NCBI GenBank assembly: GCA_902774185.1
Contig: CACYHE010000003.1
Coordinates: 11,997 to 75,996, forward strand
Reading direction: 5' to 3'
DNA from: an uncultured Bacteroidales bacterium
GTDB lineage: Bacteria > Bacteroidota > Bacteroidia > Bacteroidales > Paludibacteraceae
DNA: 64,000 nucleotides
Of this stretch, positions 54,891 through 63,785 are shown piece by piece; positions within the stretch are counted from its first letter, which is position 1; every line of letters begins with the position of its first letter. The notes beneath the pieces are model-generated. The model worked only from the letters and a program-made list of their open reading frames with translations, ran no database searches and was not told the origin of the DNA. The position numbers and the translations under genes are program-made.

Positions 54891-55900
54891 AATATACCGA
54901 TTTGACCGAAGTTCAACAGCAAGAACTTCTAATGCAAACTAACATCGCGACGCGTATCGCGAAGAAGAACCTCGAGAAGGACTGGTGGGTAACACAAGTG
55001 TTGAAGGCTATCTTTGCACTCCCGTATGCGGAACACTTGTCATTCAAAGGTGGTACGAGTCTAAGCAAGGCATGGAAGGTCATCGCACGTTTCTCGGAAG
55101 ATATCGATATTGCTATCAGCCGTGAGTACTTGGGTTTTGCCGGTGAACTGAGTCGTACGCAAGTGAGCGATAAATTGCGGCGTGCGGCTTGCTCGTTCGT
55201 ACGCGAGACATTGTCCGTAGATATCAAACAGCAACTCATCGCCAACGGTATCCATAAAGACCTCTTCACCGTGCATGTCAACGTCACGTCAGTCACAACC
55301 GTCGATCCGGAGGTTATCTATATCGAATATAAAACGCTCTTCCCGTTTGACGATTATGTGCAAAATATGGTCAAAGTGGAAGTGAGCGGTCGTAGTATGT
55401 CCGAGCCGGTACAATCGGTTCAACTCGCTTCTATCATAGACAAGGCATTTCCCAATGCAGCAACTGCTGAACCTTCTTTCGCCGTTTCGGTCGTTCGTCC
55501 TGAGCGTACATTCCTGGAGAAGGTCATGTTGCTGCACGAGGAGTTTGCCAAGCCTTCAACGGAGGTGCGTACGGCGCGTATGAGTCGGCATCTCTATGAC
55601 CTGGAACGCATGTTGCACACGGATATTGCCGAACGTGCGCTGAAGGATGAGCATCTGTATCGCACGATTCTGGAACATCGACGTAAGTTCATTGGTCTGA
55701 AGGGCTTTGATTACGACACGCTCTATCCACAATCGCTCTCACTGGAGATTCCGGCAGACGTGCTACCTCTCTGGCGCAAGGACTACGAAAACATGCAAAG
55801 TTCGATGATTTACGGCGAGTCGGTGTCTTTTGACGAACTCCTTATCGAGATCCGCCAACTCAACGACCGTATCCGCCAGTTGCCTTATCATAAAATTTGA
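54887..55900 (+). CDS. abiEii: AbiEii/AbiGii-family nucleotidyltransferase toxin
   Basis: LSFKGGTSLSKAW...FSEDIDIAI (GS...DxD nucleotidyltransferase motif). Size and pairing with abiEi fit the family. Confidence 0.85.
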   Translation: MKYTDLTEVQQQELLMQTNIATRIAKKNLEKDWWVTQVLKAIFALPYAEHLSFKGGTSLSKAWKVIARFSEDIDIAISREYLGFAGELSRTQVSDKLRRAACSFVRETLSVDIKQQLIANGIHKDLFTVHVNVTSVTTVDPEVIYIEYKTLFPFDDYVQNMVKVEVSGRSMSEPVQSVQLASIIDKAFPNAATAEPSFAVSVVRPERTFLEKVMLLHEEFAKPSTEVRTARMSRHLYDLERMLHTDIAERALKDEHLYRTILEHRRKFIGLKGFDYDTLYPQSLSLEIPADVLPLWRKDYENMQSSMIYGESVSFDELLIEIRQLNDRIRQLPYHKI

Positions 55901-55930
55901 TAGCTTTGCTACGATTGAATCGAAGTATCT

Positions 55931-55962
55931 AATGCGTTTTCACCCGAAGACGCATTTTTTTT
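55931..55962 (+). terminator. Rho-independent terminator (copy 2 of the 38-bp direct repeat)
   Basis: Identical hairpin plus T-run to 54176-54207. Confidence 0.8.
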
Positions 55963-55987
55963 GTGCCACATTTCCTGAAATTACATT

Positions 55988-56050
55988 ATTTTAAGAAAAA
56001 AGAATAAATTATTTTGCATATTCCAACTATTTTTTGTAATTTTGCACGCA
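55988..56050 (+). promoter_or_regulatory. Promoter cassette of LRR-caspase 2 (near-duplicate of 36447-36510)
   Basis: ttttaagaaaaaagaataaattattttgcatattccaactattttttgTAATTTTGcacgca, with the -7 box at 56037-56044. Confidence 0.7.
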
Positions 56051-56058
56051 AATTTCTG

Positions 56059-58197
56059 ATGCATATGAAAAAAATCATCTATTTGTTATTACTTGTCTCT
56101 TTCGTGACTGCAAATAAGGCATGGGCTTATACTCCGGATTCAAATCATATTCTTGTTGATAATATAGAATATGAGATATGGCATGGACATGATTCAGTTT
56201 TTGTGCAGTCTCGTTGGATTTCGCCAAGAGGAACAAAAGAAGGCTATAGCGATTATCGTGGCGCAGTTTATATCCCTTCCCAAATTACATACAAAGGCAG
56301 ATCTTATAAGGTGTTCGGTATATATGGCAGTGCATTTGAAAATTCAAATGAATTGATAGAAGTGCATATGCCTAATAGTGTTAGAATCATAGCTGATTTT
56401 GCCTTTGAATATTGCGTAAATTTAAGAACTATTGATATGTCGGATAGTATATATTTAATTGGTGATTGGACATTTAGAGGATGTGAAAATTTGAAGAGCA
56501 TAGGATTACCCGCTACATTGACATATATTGGAAAAGGTGCTTTTAGAGGGAGTGGTATACGTTCTATTGAGATACCTGTAGGAGTACAAACAATTCATAG
56601 AGCAACATTTGCAGGCTGTCGAAACCTCACAACAGTTAAAATACCCGGGAGTGTTACCCGAATTGATTCTATGGCTTTTGCAGATTGTATTGGATTAGAT
56701 TCTATCGTAATAGGAGCAGGAGTGCAAGAAATTGCGGGAAGCGCCTTTAGCGGATGCTCGAATTTGAAAAAAGTTTATTACCCCCGGGGATTGGATTTAT
56801 CAATGGTTTCTATACCTAAATCAGCCCAGTTAATAGCCTATGACACAAAAGTAGTCCCGTTTAGTGCCTATGCAAAACCCATTGTTGAGAAAGCTATAAA
56901 TAATTGGCAAATAAAAGGAGAGTATGAAAAGTTATCGGATTACCAACATCGTGTCAATGAGAATACTCGTAACTTAAAAATTAGCGAATTAACCCAACGT
57001 TGTGAGGAAGAATATTTGCGTAGATATAGAGATTTGTTAGGGATGTCTTTGAAATTTGAGCATCCTTATGATCCTGAGAATGAGGTGTTTTTACTAACAG
57101 ATTCCAAATTTGGTGACATTTTGGTGCCTGTACCCCTTGACGAAGCTGCCGAATTTAAGAGGAATTGGTTTACAAATGAAAAAATAGGTCCTATAGTAAC
57201 ACCTGAATTCTTCATCGAGAACGATGTGTTGGCATTGGCATCGTTAGACATCTATTTCCCGTCGCTCGACAAGCACTACACCTATTCCAACCAGTCTTCA
57301 CTCAAATACGTACAGGCGCAGGTGGACTATAACTTCGACCCTATCGAAATCGCTGCAGGTGGTGGTTCGCTTCTAAAAGGACAACAGACTATTGAGCAGA
57401 AGAAAATCGCTATCGGTAAATCCCAAGTGGATATTAATATTCCGGAAACCAATGCCTCTACCCCCAACACATTTGTCATAATCATCGCAAATGAAGATTA
57501 TAAATCCGTATCTCCTGTTTCGTTTGCCCTTAACGATGGTCGCACATTTGCGAAATATTGCCAACGAACATTAGGTATTCCTGCTGTTAATATCAAAATC
57601 TATGAAAATGCAACGTATAATGATATTCGATTAGCTTTAGCTTGGCTTAAAGTGGTTTGTGAGAAATATGAAGGCGAAGCATCTGTCATTTTCTATTACG
57701 CGGGGCATGGCATTCCTGATGTTTCGGATAAATCGGCATATTTATTACCGGTAGATGGTGATGGTCGATATGTTTCTACCGGATATAAATTAGATGACCT
57801 TTATCAAAAATTGGGAGAAATGCCTACCAAATCAACTATAGTGCTGTTAGATGCCTGCTTCTCCGGTTCCAATCGTGACGGTAAGATGTTAGCTTCAGAA
57901 CGTGGAGTAGCTCTAAAAGTTAAAGCCGGTGTTCCTCAGGGGAATATGGTAGTATTCTCTGCTGCACAAAGTGATGAGACAGCATTACCTAATGAAGAGG
58001 AAGGGCATGGTATGTTTACATACTATATCCTCAAAAAGTTGCAAGAAACAAATGGAGATGTGACATTGCAAGATCTTTCTCAATACGTCATCCGTGAAGT
58101 AGGCCGTAAATCAGCAGTAACTAACAAAGCGCAAACACCTACCGTCACTCCGTCTTCCACCGTCGGTACAGAATGGCAAAATTGGAAACTTAAATAA
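56059..58197 (+). CDS. Secreted LRR_5 (BspA-type) - caspase-like (Peptidase_C14) fusion protein, paralog 2
   Basis: Signal peptide MHMKKIIYLLLLVSFVTANKAWA. About 8 LRR_5 units (AFENSNELIEVHMPNSVRII ...). VIFYYAGHGIP and VLLDACFSGS. The C-terminal ~250 aa align clearly with paralog 1. Confidence 0.8.
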   Translation: MHMKKIIYLLLLVSFVTANKAWAYTPDSNHILVDNIEYEIWHGHDSVFVQSRWISPRGTKEGYSDYRGAVYIPSQITYKGRSYKVFGIYGSAFENSNELIEVHMPNSVRIIADFAFEYCVNLRTIDMSDSIYLIGDWTFRGCENLKSIGLPATLTYIGKGAFRGSGIRSIEIPVGVQTIHRATFAGCRNLTTVKIPGSVTRIDSMAFADCIGLDSIVIGAGVQEIAGSAFSGCSNLKKVYYPRGLDLSMVSIPKSAQLIAYDTKVVPFSAYAKPIVEKAINNWQIKGEYEKLSDYQHRVNENTRNLKISELTQRCEEEYLRRYRDLLGMSLKFEHPYDPENEVFLLTDSKFGDILVPVPLDEAAEFKRNWFTNEKIGPIVTPEFFIENDVLALASLDIYFPSLDKHYTYSNQSSLKYVQAQVDYNFDPIEIAAGGGSLLKGQQTIEQKKIAIGKSQVDINIPETNASTPNTFVIIIANEDYKSVSPVSFALNDGRTFAKYCQRTLGIPAVNIKIYENATYNDIRLALAWLKVVCEKYEGEASVIFYYAGHGIPDVSDKSAYLLPVDGDGRYVSTGYKLDDLYQKLGEMPTKSTIVLLDACFSGSNRDGKMLASERGVALKVKAGVPQGNMVVFSAAQSDETALPNEEEGHGMFTYYILKKLQETNGDVTLQDLSQYVIREVGRKSAVTNKAQTPTVTPSSTVGTEWQNWKLK

Positions 58198-58269
58198 AAA
58201 TTTTTGTGCTTTTATTTGCACATTTCAAAAAATCGTACCTTTGCAATCGGAAATGGAAAGGAGGAGATT

Positions 58270-59508
58270 ATGGAAGAGAAAAAGTATTATTTCACATATG
58301 AGAGGCTGCATAAAGAATTGAATATTTCTTTAAGCATAGCGTATGATCGTTTCTCTACCGAAACGGAATTAAGTATTTTATGCAAAAGATATTTGCACAA
58401 CGAACTCATTGGGCAATACGAAGAGGTGGAATGGAACCGATTGGGGATTAACGTTAAAACAGTTGAGCAAATCGCTAAAATGATAGATAATGCCTTTGAA
58501 AGTTTAAGGGTACTTGTCTATTGGCGTGACCATGCTGATGAAGTGTTAGGTGTATGTGTGCCGGAGGATGTAAAGAAATTTGAACGTAGCTGTTGCAAAG
58601 AAATAACTCGATTACGGAATGATTTTTATATGGCAAATCGGCGCATAATAGGAAATATTGGAACCGTGTGTGCACTTTATGCGACTCGTATAATGAAGTG
58701 CGAAGATAAGGTGCAGGTAACCCCCTCTATGTTGATGACCATGGGGCATGGTTTCCAAATGTTAGCCCGATATCTGCCAGCATATACGGAGGATTATGAT
58801 CATAGTCCTTTCTCTGCGTTTGTTGTTTTAGATGTTTCAAAGCGTCAACTACCTCATATAATCGCTTCGTGGGAAGAGGATGTTTGCTTCTCGTGTTATG
58901 ACTTTGTATATCAAGTTCAACGAGATCTGCGTAAACTTACGAATCGTTATGTTCCTGAAAATAGTATGACGATAATTCAGATTCTATTTACTATTAGTGT
59001 CTTGTTAGAAACGGAATATGCTCTTTGCGTAGGAGATCGTAACAATAAGCTGGCATATCATTTCCTCGGTCTTGAACTTCTCGATTTTATGAAACAACGC
59101 CATCAATGGAGGTTGGAATGGCAGAATTTGAGAGACGATGCCATAGCGGTGTTATCTACAATGCCGGCTATGGAATTTGATGGGGACGTACCTATGAATA
59201 ATGAAACATCCATACCAAATCAATCTGCCATAATTGAGGAGAATCCAAATACATCCATCTTCCGTAGCGACGTAGATGCTCAATTGTGCAAAGAGAAACT
59301 ATTGGATATCTTAAATCATAATACGTGTAAGGCGGAGGTCTATCGAGAACTCAAAAATTTGCATGATAAAAATCTGTATTTTAATATAGGAACTAAATAT
59401 GCACCATTAGCGCGTGTACTTAATACATGGATTCCGCTTACCATTCATAAGGATGACAAAAAATGGATATTTAGAGGTGATGACTTTAGTAAAACGAGAT
59501 ATTCATAA
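58270..59508 (+). CDS. Cytoplasmic hypothetical protein downstream of LRR-caspase 2
   Basis: -7 box TACCTTTG at 58236-58243 and ATG 58270 (MEEKKYYF). No signal peptide and no recognisable motif. Confidence 0.5.
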   Translation: MEEKKYYFTYERLHKELNISLSIAYDRFSTETELSILCKRYLHNELIGQYEEVEWNRLGINVKTVEQIAKMIDNAFESLRVLVYWRDHADEVLGVCVPEDVKKFERSCCKEITRLRNDFYMANRRIIGNIGTVCALYATRIMKCEDKVQVTPSMLMTMGHGFQMLARYLPAYTEDYDHSPFSAFVVLDVSKRQLPHIIASWEEDVCFSCYDFVYQVQRDLRKLTNRYVPENSMTIIQILFTISVLLETEYALCVGDRNNKLAYHFLGLELLDFMKQRHQWRLEWQNLRDDAIAVLSTMPAMEFDGDVPMNNETSIPNQSAIIEENPNTSIFRSDVDAQLCKEKLLDILNHNTCKAEVYRELKNLHDKNLYFNIGTKYAPLARVLNTWIPLTIHKDDKKWIFRGDDFSKTRYS

Positions 59509-59715
59509 TATTCCTGTTTTATCTTATTTTCTGTTTTCATAGATTCCTATATTTTTCCTATAAATTCTTGCTTCCTCCTACTTGTTCCTACAACGGGTCT
59601 CTTATTTGAGGGACTCGTTTTTTTATTGTACCTTTGCAGCCGAAATCGAATCATGACCCTTACTACACCGGTTCATTATCGTATCAATCAAGGTCCATTC
59701 TCGTATCAAAGCCGC

Positions 59716-59748
59716 GATATGAACGTGATATGAACGGGATATGAACGC
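59716..59748. repeat. Three tandem 11-bp repeats gatatgaacgN in the leader of the 59796 gene
   Basis: gatatgaacgt gatatgaacgg gatatgaacgc, downstream of the -7 box TACCTTTG (59629-59636). Confidence 0.85.
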
Positions 59749-59795
59749 GACCTCACCGTTAGATCAAAATATAAATCATTTAAAATACTGTTATT

Positions 59796-59999
59796 ATGAA
59801 AGTCACTCCTATCATCTTAATTGACACCTTACTTGGTAAAGTCAATCAGCGGGCTGGGTACTACATTCGTCGCTCAAAGAATGGTGCTCTGTACTCCTGT
59901 AAATGCCCCGATCGCTCCAAACACATCAAGACTCCGGCGGAGGCTGCCAACCAGCAACTGTTCGCACGTACCTACGCAGGCAAAAACAGGAAACAATAA
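59796..59999 (+). CDS. Small basic protein, paralog family member 1
   Basis: 67 aa. Its N-terminus MKVTPIILIDTLLGKV and C-terminal ...NQQLFARTYA resemble the products of the 60780 and 61396 genes. Confidence 0.5.
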   Translation: MKVTPIILIDTLLGKVNQRAGYYIRRSKNGALYSCKCPDRSKHIKTPAEAANQQLFARTYAGKNRKQ

Positions 60000-60019
60000 T
60001 CACTAAATATTTTAAGCCT

Positions 60020-60208
60020 ATGAAAGCGATGCTCAAATCTGAAATCGCGGACGCGGCTGGAGTAAGCCTCCGTACGCTCAACCGCTGGCTGCACCATCCT
60101 TACATGATGGAGCAACTCAAAGCTATCGGCGAGTCCGATAACCGTAAAAAACTATCACCAAAAGCTGTTAAACTAATCTGTGACCACTATGCTATTGAAA
60201 TTAATTAG
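60020..60208 (+). CDS. Small HTH protein (DUF4248-like by recollection)
   Basis: MKAMLKSEIADAAGVSLRTLNRWL is HTH-like. ATG 60020 is preferred over the longer ORF-track model. Confidence 0.55.
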   Translation: MKAMLKSEIADAAGVSLRTLNRWLHHPYMMEQLKAIGESDNRKKLSPKAVKLICDHYAIEIN

Positions 60209-60590
60209 GAATACGTGCGCGCAAAGCACCTTCCATTGTCTCTTGGTCGAAAATGACCCGATCAAAGGTGAAAAGCCTCTGGCGAAAATCACCGAGTTTG
60301 CGGATACTCCGATGCTGGAACTCTTCTATCCGCTATCCGTCACCCTTTCAGGCATTAACCTCAGAGGACAACCGGTTCCGTGGCGATGGAAAAAGAACGA
60401 GACGAAACTTGCCGTCGAGAACTATCTCCGCCAAATCCTGAACTCCGGAGAGGAAATCTTGCTCGAGATCACACACCCGGAACCCGACCTGCCCGGATAC
60501 CCGTACGTCAACCATAATGCCTATGCACGAGGAGAAATCATCTGCCTGATGTTGAAAGCTAACGATGGCGATAGCGACGCAGATGATTGA
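60189..60590 (+). CDS. Hypothetical protein (start uncertain)
   Basis: Open frame with an acidic C-terminus. It overlaps the end of the previous gene and has no recognisable motif. Confidence 0.3.
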   Translation: MLLKLIRNTCAQSTFHCLLVENDPIKGEKPLAKITEFADTPMLELFYPLSVTLSGINLRGQPVPWRWKKNETKLAVENYLRQILNSGEEILLEITHPEPDLPGYPYVNHNAYARGEIICLMLKANDGDSDADD

Positions 60591-60740
60591 CAAATGACGA
60601 AAAATGAAGAAAAATTGCGAAGAATGAGGACATATCGTAACAAATACGGACAATACAGCCATACCCCGTTTATACATACAAATATGGAACGTTCCTCACC
60701 GGTGAACTATTAACAACTATCCTTATTATTAACCCTTTTT

Positions 60741-60779
60741 CCTCTACGCGGGTCGGAGGATAAACATGACCCGCATTTT
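60741..60779 (+). promoter_or_regulatory. Conserved leader with covarying hairpin (stem 60748-60754 / 60768-60774, loop GGAGGATAAACAT)
   Basis: It aligns with 61357-61395. Three stem positions differ as compensatory pairs. Confidence 0.65.
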
Positions 60780-61118
60780 ATGGCACTGGTTAAACCGATG
60801 GATCTCATCAAGTCACTCCAAAAGAAAGTGTGTATGCATTCGGATGTCTATTTCCGGACGAACAAGCAAACCTCAAAAACCTACACAGGCAAAATCTGCT
60901 CGCCTTCTAAAAAAGCACCCTCTGCTGCCCAAATCAGAAGCAGAACACGTTTTGCGAAAGTGCGGGCTGCCATACAGACAATCCTGGATGACCCTGCCCA
61001 GAGAGCAGTACTGGACAAAGAGTTCAAGGCGCAGACTGACTATGGCTCCCTCTTGGGCTACACATCCCACAAACTGAATGGTAACTACGATGAGAACGGC
61101 GACCTCATTAGCAACTAA
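60780..61118 (+). CDS. Small basic protein, paralog family member 2
   Basis: MALVKPMDLIKSL...RTRFAKVRAAIQTILDDPAQRAVLDKEFKAQ aligns with MAHVEYADMIKTV...RTRFATVRAAVNTRAKNLATLAQDQAAFRAQ. Confidence 0.6.
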   Translation: MALVKPMDLIKSLQKKVCMHSDVYFRTNKQTSKTYTGKICSPSKKAPSAAQIRSRTRFAKVRAAIQTILDDPAQRAVLDKEFKAQTDYGSLLGYTSHKLNGNYDENGDLISN

Positions 61119-61155
61119 ATCACTCTATTGTTCAACGTTTTAATCATTTGACAAA

Positions 61156-61347
61156 ATGAAAACAATTCATCTTTTGACTCTCGGAGTCCTTATCGCACTC
61201 CTCTGTGGCGCAACCGGTTGCGCGGTTACACACAAGTTCGTTTCTACTACCACCGCCATCGAGAAAGATGATGCCACTATGGTCATCACCACCGAAGTGA
61301 CGGAGACGTATGAAGCAATCCAACACGTAAAAAACAACAACTATTAA
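61156..61347 (+). CDS. Small lipoprotein
   Basis: Lipobox LLCGATGC, 63 aa. Confidence 0.5.
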   Translation: MKTIHLLTLGVLIALLCGATGCAVTHKFVSTTTAIEKDDATMVITTEVTETYEAIQHVKNNNY

Positions 61348-61356
61348 TCTTTAACC

Positions 61357-61395
61357 CCTCTACGCCGACCGGAGGTAAAACATGGTCGGCATCTT
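61357..61395 (+). promoter_or_regulatory. Conserved leader with covarying hairpin (stem 61364-61370 / 61384-61390, loop GGAGGTAAAACAT)
   Basis: Second copy of the 60741-60779 element, with the same spacing to the ATG. Confidence 0.65.
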
Positions 61396-61788
61396 ATGGC
61401 ACATGTTGAATATGCAGACATGATCAAAACTGTCAGTGGCGCTCTTACGAAAATTAACAAGAAGTCGCAACATGCTGGCGATCAGAAAATGATTCTTGGT
61501 ACCCACCGCGTTGCGCCTACCAAAAGTAAGAATTGCTCGCGCATCTATCTTCGCGGCCTGAGTGCCGTCACCCGCACCGGCGAACCGACTACCAAAGAGC
61601 TCAACGTTCGTACTCGTTTTGCAACCGTGCGCGCTGCGGTTAACACCCGCGCAAAGAACCTCGCCACACTGGCGCAAGACCAGGCTGCTTTCCGCGCGCA
61701 GAAGGACTCCTCGGGAGGTTGCATTACCTTCAACGAATGGCTCTGGAAGCAGGAAGGTGACGCCTACGACGAGCAGCAGAACGGCTAA
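61396..61788 (+). CDS. Small basic protein, paralog family member 3
   Basis: See 60780-61118. The antisense 160-aa ORF at 61360-61842 is judged spurious. Confidence 0.6.
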   Translation: MAHVEYADMIKTVSGALTKINKKSQHAGDQKMILGTHRVAPTKSKNCSRIYLRGLSAVTRTGEPTTKELNVRTRFATVRAAVNTRAKNLATLAQDQAAFRAQKDSSGGCITFNEWLWKQEGDAYDEQQNG

Positions 61789-61799
61789 TGTAAGGAAAA

Positions 61800-61822
61800 A
61801 TCGTCCATAACGGGCGATTTTT
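61800..61822 (+). terminator. Weak stem-loop with T-run after the 61396 gene
   Basis: atcgtcc-ataac-gggcgat forms a 7-bp stem (one G:U) followed by ttttt. Confidence 0.4.
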
Positions 61823-61909
61823 CTGTGTTTATATTTGCACATTTCAAAAATTTGTAGTACCTTTGCACTCGAAAGTTATCATAATGAAGTGAGTATAAAT
61901 AGATACACT

Positions 61910-62749
61910 ATGAAAAAGATATTATTTCTTTGGCTTGGGTTCGTAGGTGCGGTGACTGTTTTATCCGGTTGCTCGCAGCAACAAAAGCCTGAGACCGACT
62001 GGGATAAATATGACCTCAAGGGCAAAGTGCAGCAACTCCAGGTGCACTACTGCTTGGCGTACGAAGACTCTACCGGTGCCATCGTACCCTACGACATGAC
62101 ATCTGCTGACTATATCAATTTCTCCGAAGAGGGTAAGATTGAACGTATCATGACCTATGATTATGCCCAAGAACAGCCTCAAACCTACATCTATGATTAT
62201 ACCTATCATCCGAAAGGACTCACTATTCTGGCTACACTGGATGATGCGTTCCATTATCGCGAAGAGATCAGTTATACCGACTGGGGGGAGATAAGTACGG
62301 ATAAGATGTATGACGCAGACAGTGCGAATTATTGGTGTGAATTCTTTGAGTACGACGATGACCAACGTCTGGCTACCCATTTTTTGCACGGTCGGGACGG
62401 CTTGATGTATTTCTACGATGACTATCGCTATAATGAGCAAGGTCTGCCGGTGTACAATGAGAACAGGGATGCGGACGGTTCCGTCGAATGCCGTGTCTAT
62501 TCTTCGTATGATGCCGACGGACGTCTGGTACGGCAGCAGTTCCAATATGCGGACTCGACCTATGATTTTGAGTATATCCATACCTATAACGAACAAGGAC
62601 TGCCGGAGAAATTTACCAGGCATAGTTCCAATTCGACGGTTGAGGTGCGCTATCTGTATGAGTTCGATGAGCAAGGTAACTATATCTCAAAAACCATTCT
62701 CTCGGGTGACTTTGCCCGATTAGAAGAACGTAAGATTTATTACTATTAA
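61910..62749 (+). CDS. Lipoprotein with repeated Y/D/E-rich beta-hairpin-like modules, paralog A
   Basis: -7 box TACCTTTG at 61858-61865 and lipobox VLSGC. ETDWDKYDLKGKV plus repeated ...YD..GR... modules. Confidence 0.6.
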   Translation: MKKILFLWLGFVGAVTVLSGCSQQQKPETDWDKYDLKGKVQQLQVHYCLAYEDSTGAIVPYDMTSADYINFSEEGKIERIMTYDYAQEQPQTYIYDYTYHPKGLTILATLDDAFHYREEISYTDWGEISTDKMYDADSANYWCEFFEYDDDQRLATHFLHGRDGLMYFYDDYRYNEQGLPVYNENRDADGSVECRVYSSYDADGRLVRQQFQYADSTYDFEYIHTYNEQGLPEKFTRHSSNSTVEVRYLYEFDEQGNYISKTILSGDFARLEERKIYYY

Positions 62750-62774
62750 CAAATATTTTAAAAACATCAAGCTT

Positions 62775-63614
62775 ATGAAAAACAAAACATTATTGATGCT
62801 GGCATTAGCGGCCGTTACGTTTGGTTGGATGTCATGTTCCGATGCGAAGAAGGCCGAGACGGATTGGGATGCGTATGAACTGAAAGGTAAGGTAAAGACG
62901 CTTACTACAAAGAGATACAAGGCACGTGAAGCGTTCGGAGAGGTGACGAAAGATGAGTTGAGATCCAGTGAGGTGGTTACTTTCTCTAAAGAGGGTAAAA
63001 TAGAACATGTTTTCTCATCGTATTACTATTCGGATGAGAAATCGGAGTATGAGTCTTTCTATACGTACACCGAGAAGAAAGCTATTTCAGAGCAATACTA
63101 CAATGATGACTTTTCAGGAAAGTTAATCACCTTCTATACGGATTGGGGAGGCAAGGAAAGCGAGATCTCTTACGACGAGTCCGGTGACCAAAGTTGGGCG
63201 ACCGAATATACCTACGACGATAAGCACCGTCTTATCGAGCGCAATCATTATTACGGTAAAGAATTCAGCAGCCGGGAGAAGAACTTCAAATACGACGAGA
63301 AAGGATTGGTGAAGTCGTATAAAAATTATAACAACGATGGCGAGTTGACGGAAATCAGTTATTACGAGTATGATGCGAAGGGACGGGAGATTGAGTGTAC
63401 CGTAGAGGACGGCGAAGGAGCAGTCTCTTATTCGATCGTTCACACCTATAATGATGAAGGCTATACGTCCTGTTATAAATTCATCGGAACGTATTATAAG
63501 AACACCGAAGAATACACCTATGAATATGACAAGCAAGGTAACTATGTCGTTAAGTATGAGATGACGAAAGGCGGCGATACCTATATCTGCGAGCGTACCA
63601 TTGTGTATTATTAA
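62775..63614 (+). CDS. Lipoprotein with repeated Y/D/E-rich beta-hairpin-like modules, paralog B
   Basis: Lipobox GWMSC. ETDWDAYELKGKV and the same module pattern, ending TIVYY as in paralog A (KIYYY). Confidence 0.6.
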   Translation: MKNKTLLMLALAAVTFGWMSCSDAKKAETDWDAYELKGKVKTLTTKRYKAREAFGEVTKDELRSSEVVTFSKEGKIEHVFSSYYYSDEKSEYESFYTYTEKKAISEQYYNDDFSGKLITFYTDWGGKESEISYDESGDQSWATEYTYDDKHRLIERNHYYGKEFSSREKNFKYDEKGLVKSYKNYNNDGELTEISYYEYDAKGREIECTVEDGEGAVSYSIVHTYNDEGYTSCYKFIGTYYKNTEEYTYEYDKQGNYVVKYEMTKGGDTYICERTIVYY

Positions 63615-63785
63615 ATCTTTGTGACGTTGCGGAATTTTCTTGATTTTGCGTCAAAAAGAAGATAATTCGCAGATTTTTACAAATAAATTTGTATAATCCA
63701 AAAAATTTTATTACCTTTGCAGCCGATTTGGATGCAAAGGCGCTACACGCGTATGTGTATGTGCGTCCGACTCGGGAAAAAGAAT

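Noticed and set aside
60592-60630. AAATGAnGA-like 9-10-nt periodic stretch after the 60189-60590 ORF
   Set aside because: It has only about four very degenerate units. It is noted as a possible outlier of the tract family but is too weak to call.
60766-61077. 103-aa ORF starting at the ATG inside the hairpin loop
   Set aside because: The frame is not conserved in the paralogous copy, where the same ATG opens only 13 codons. The +1 frame starting at 60780 is conserved at protein level. It is kept only as a possible short upstream ORF in the hairpin finding.
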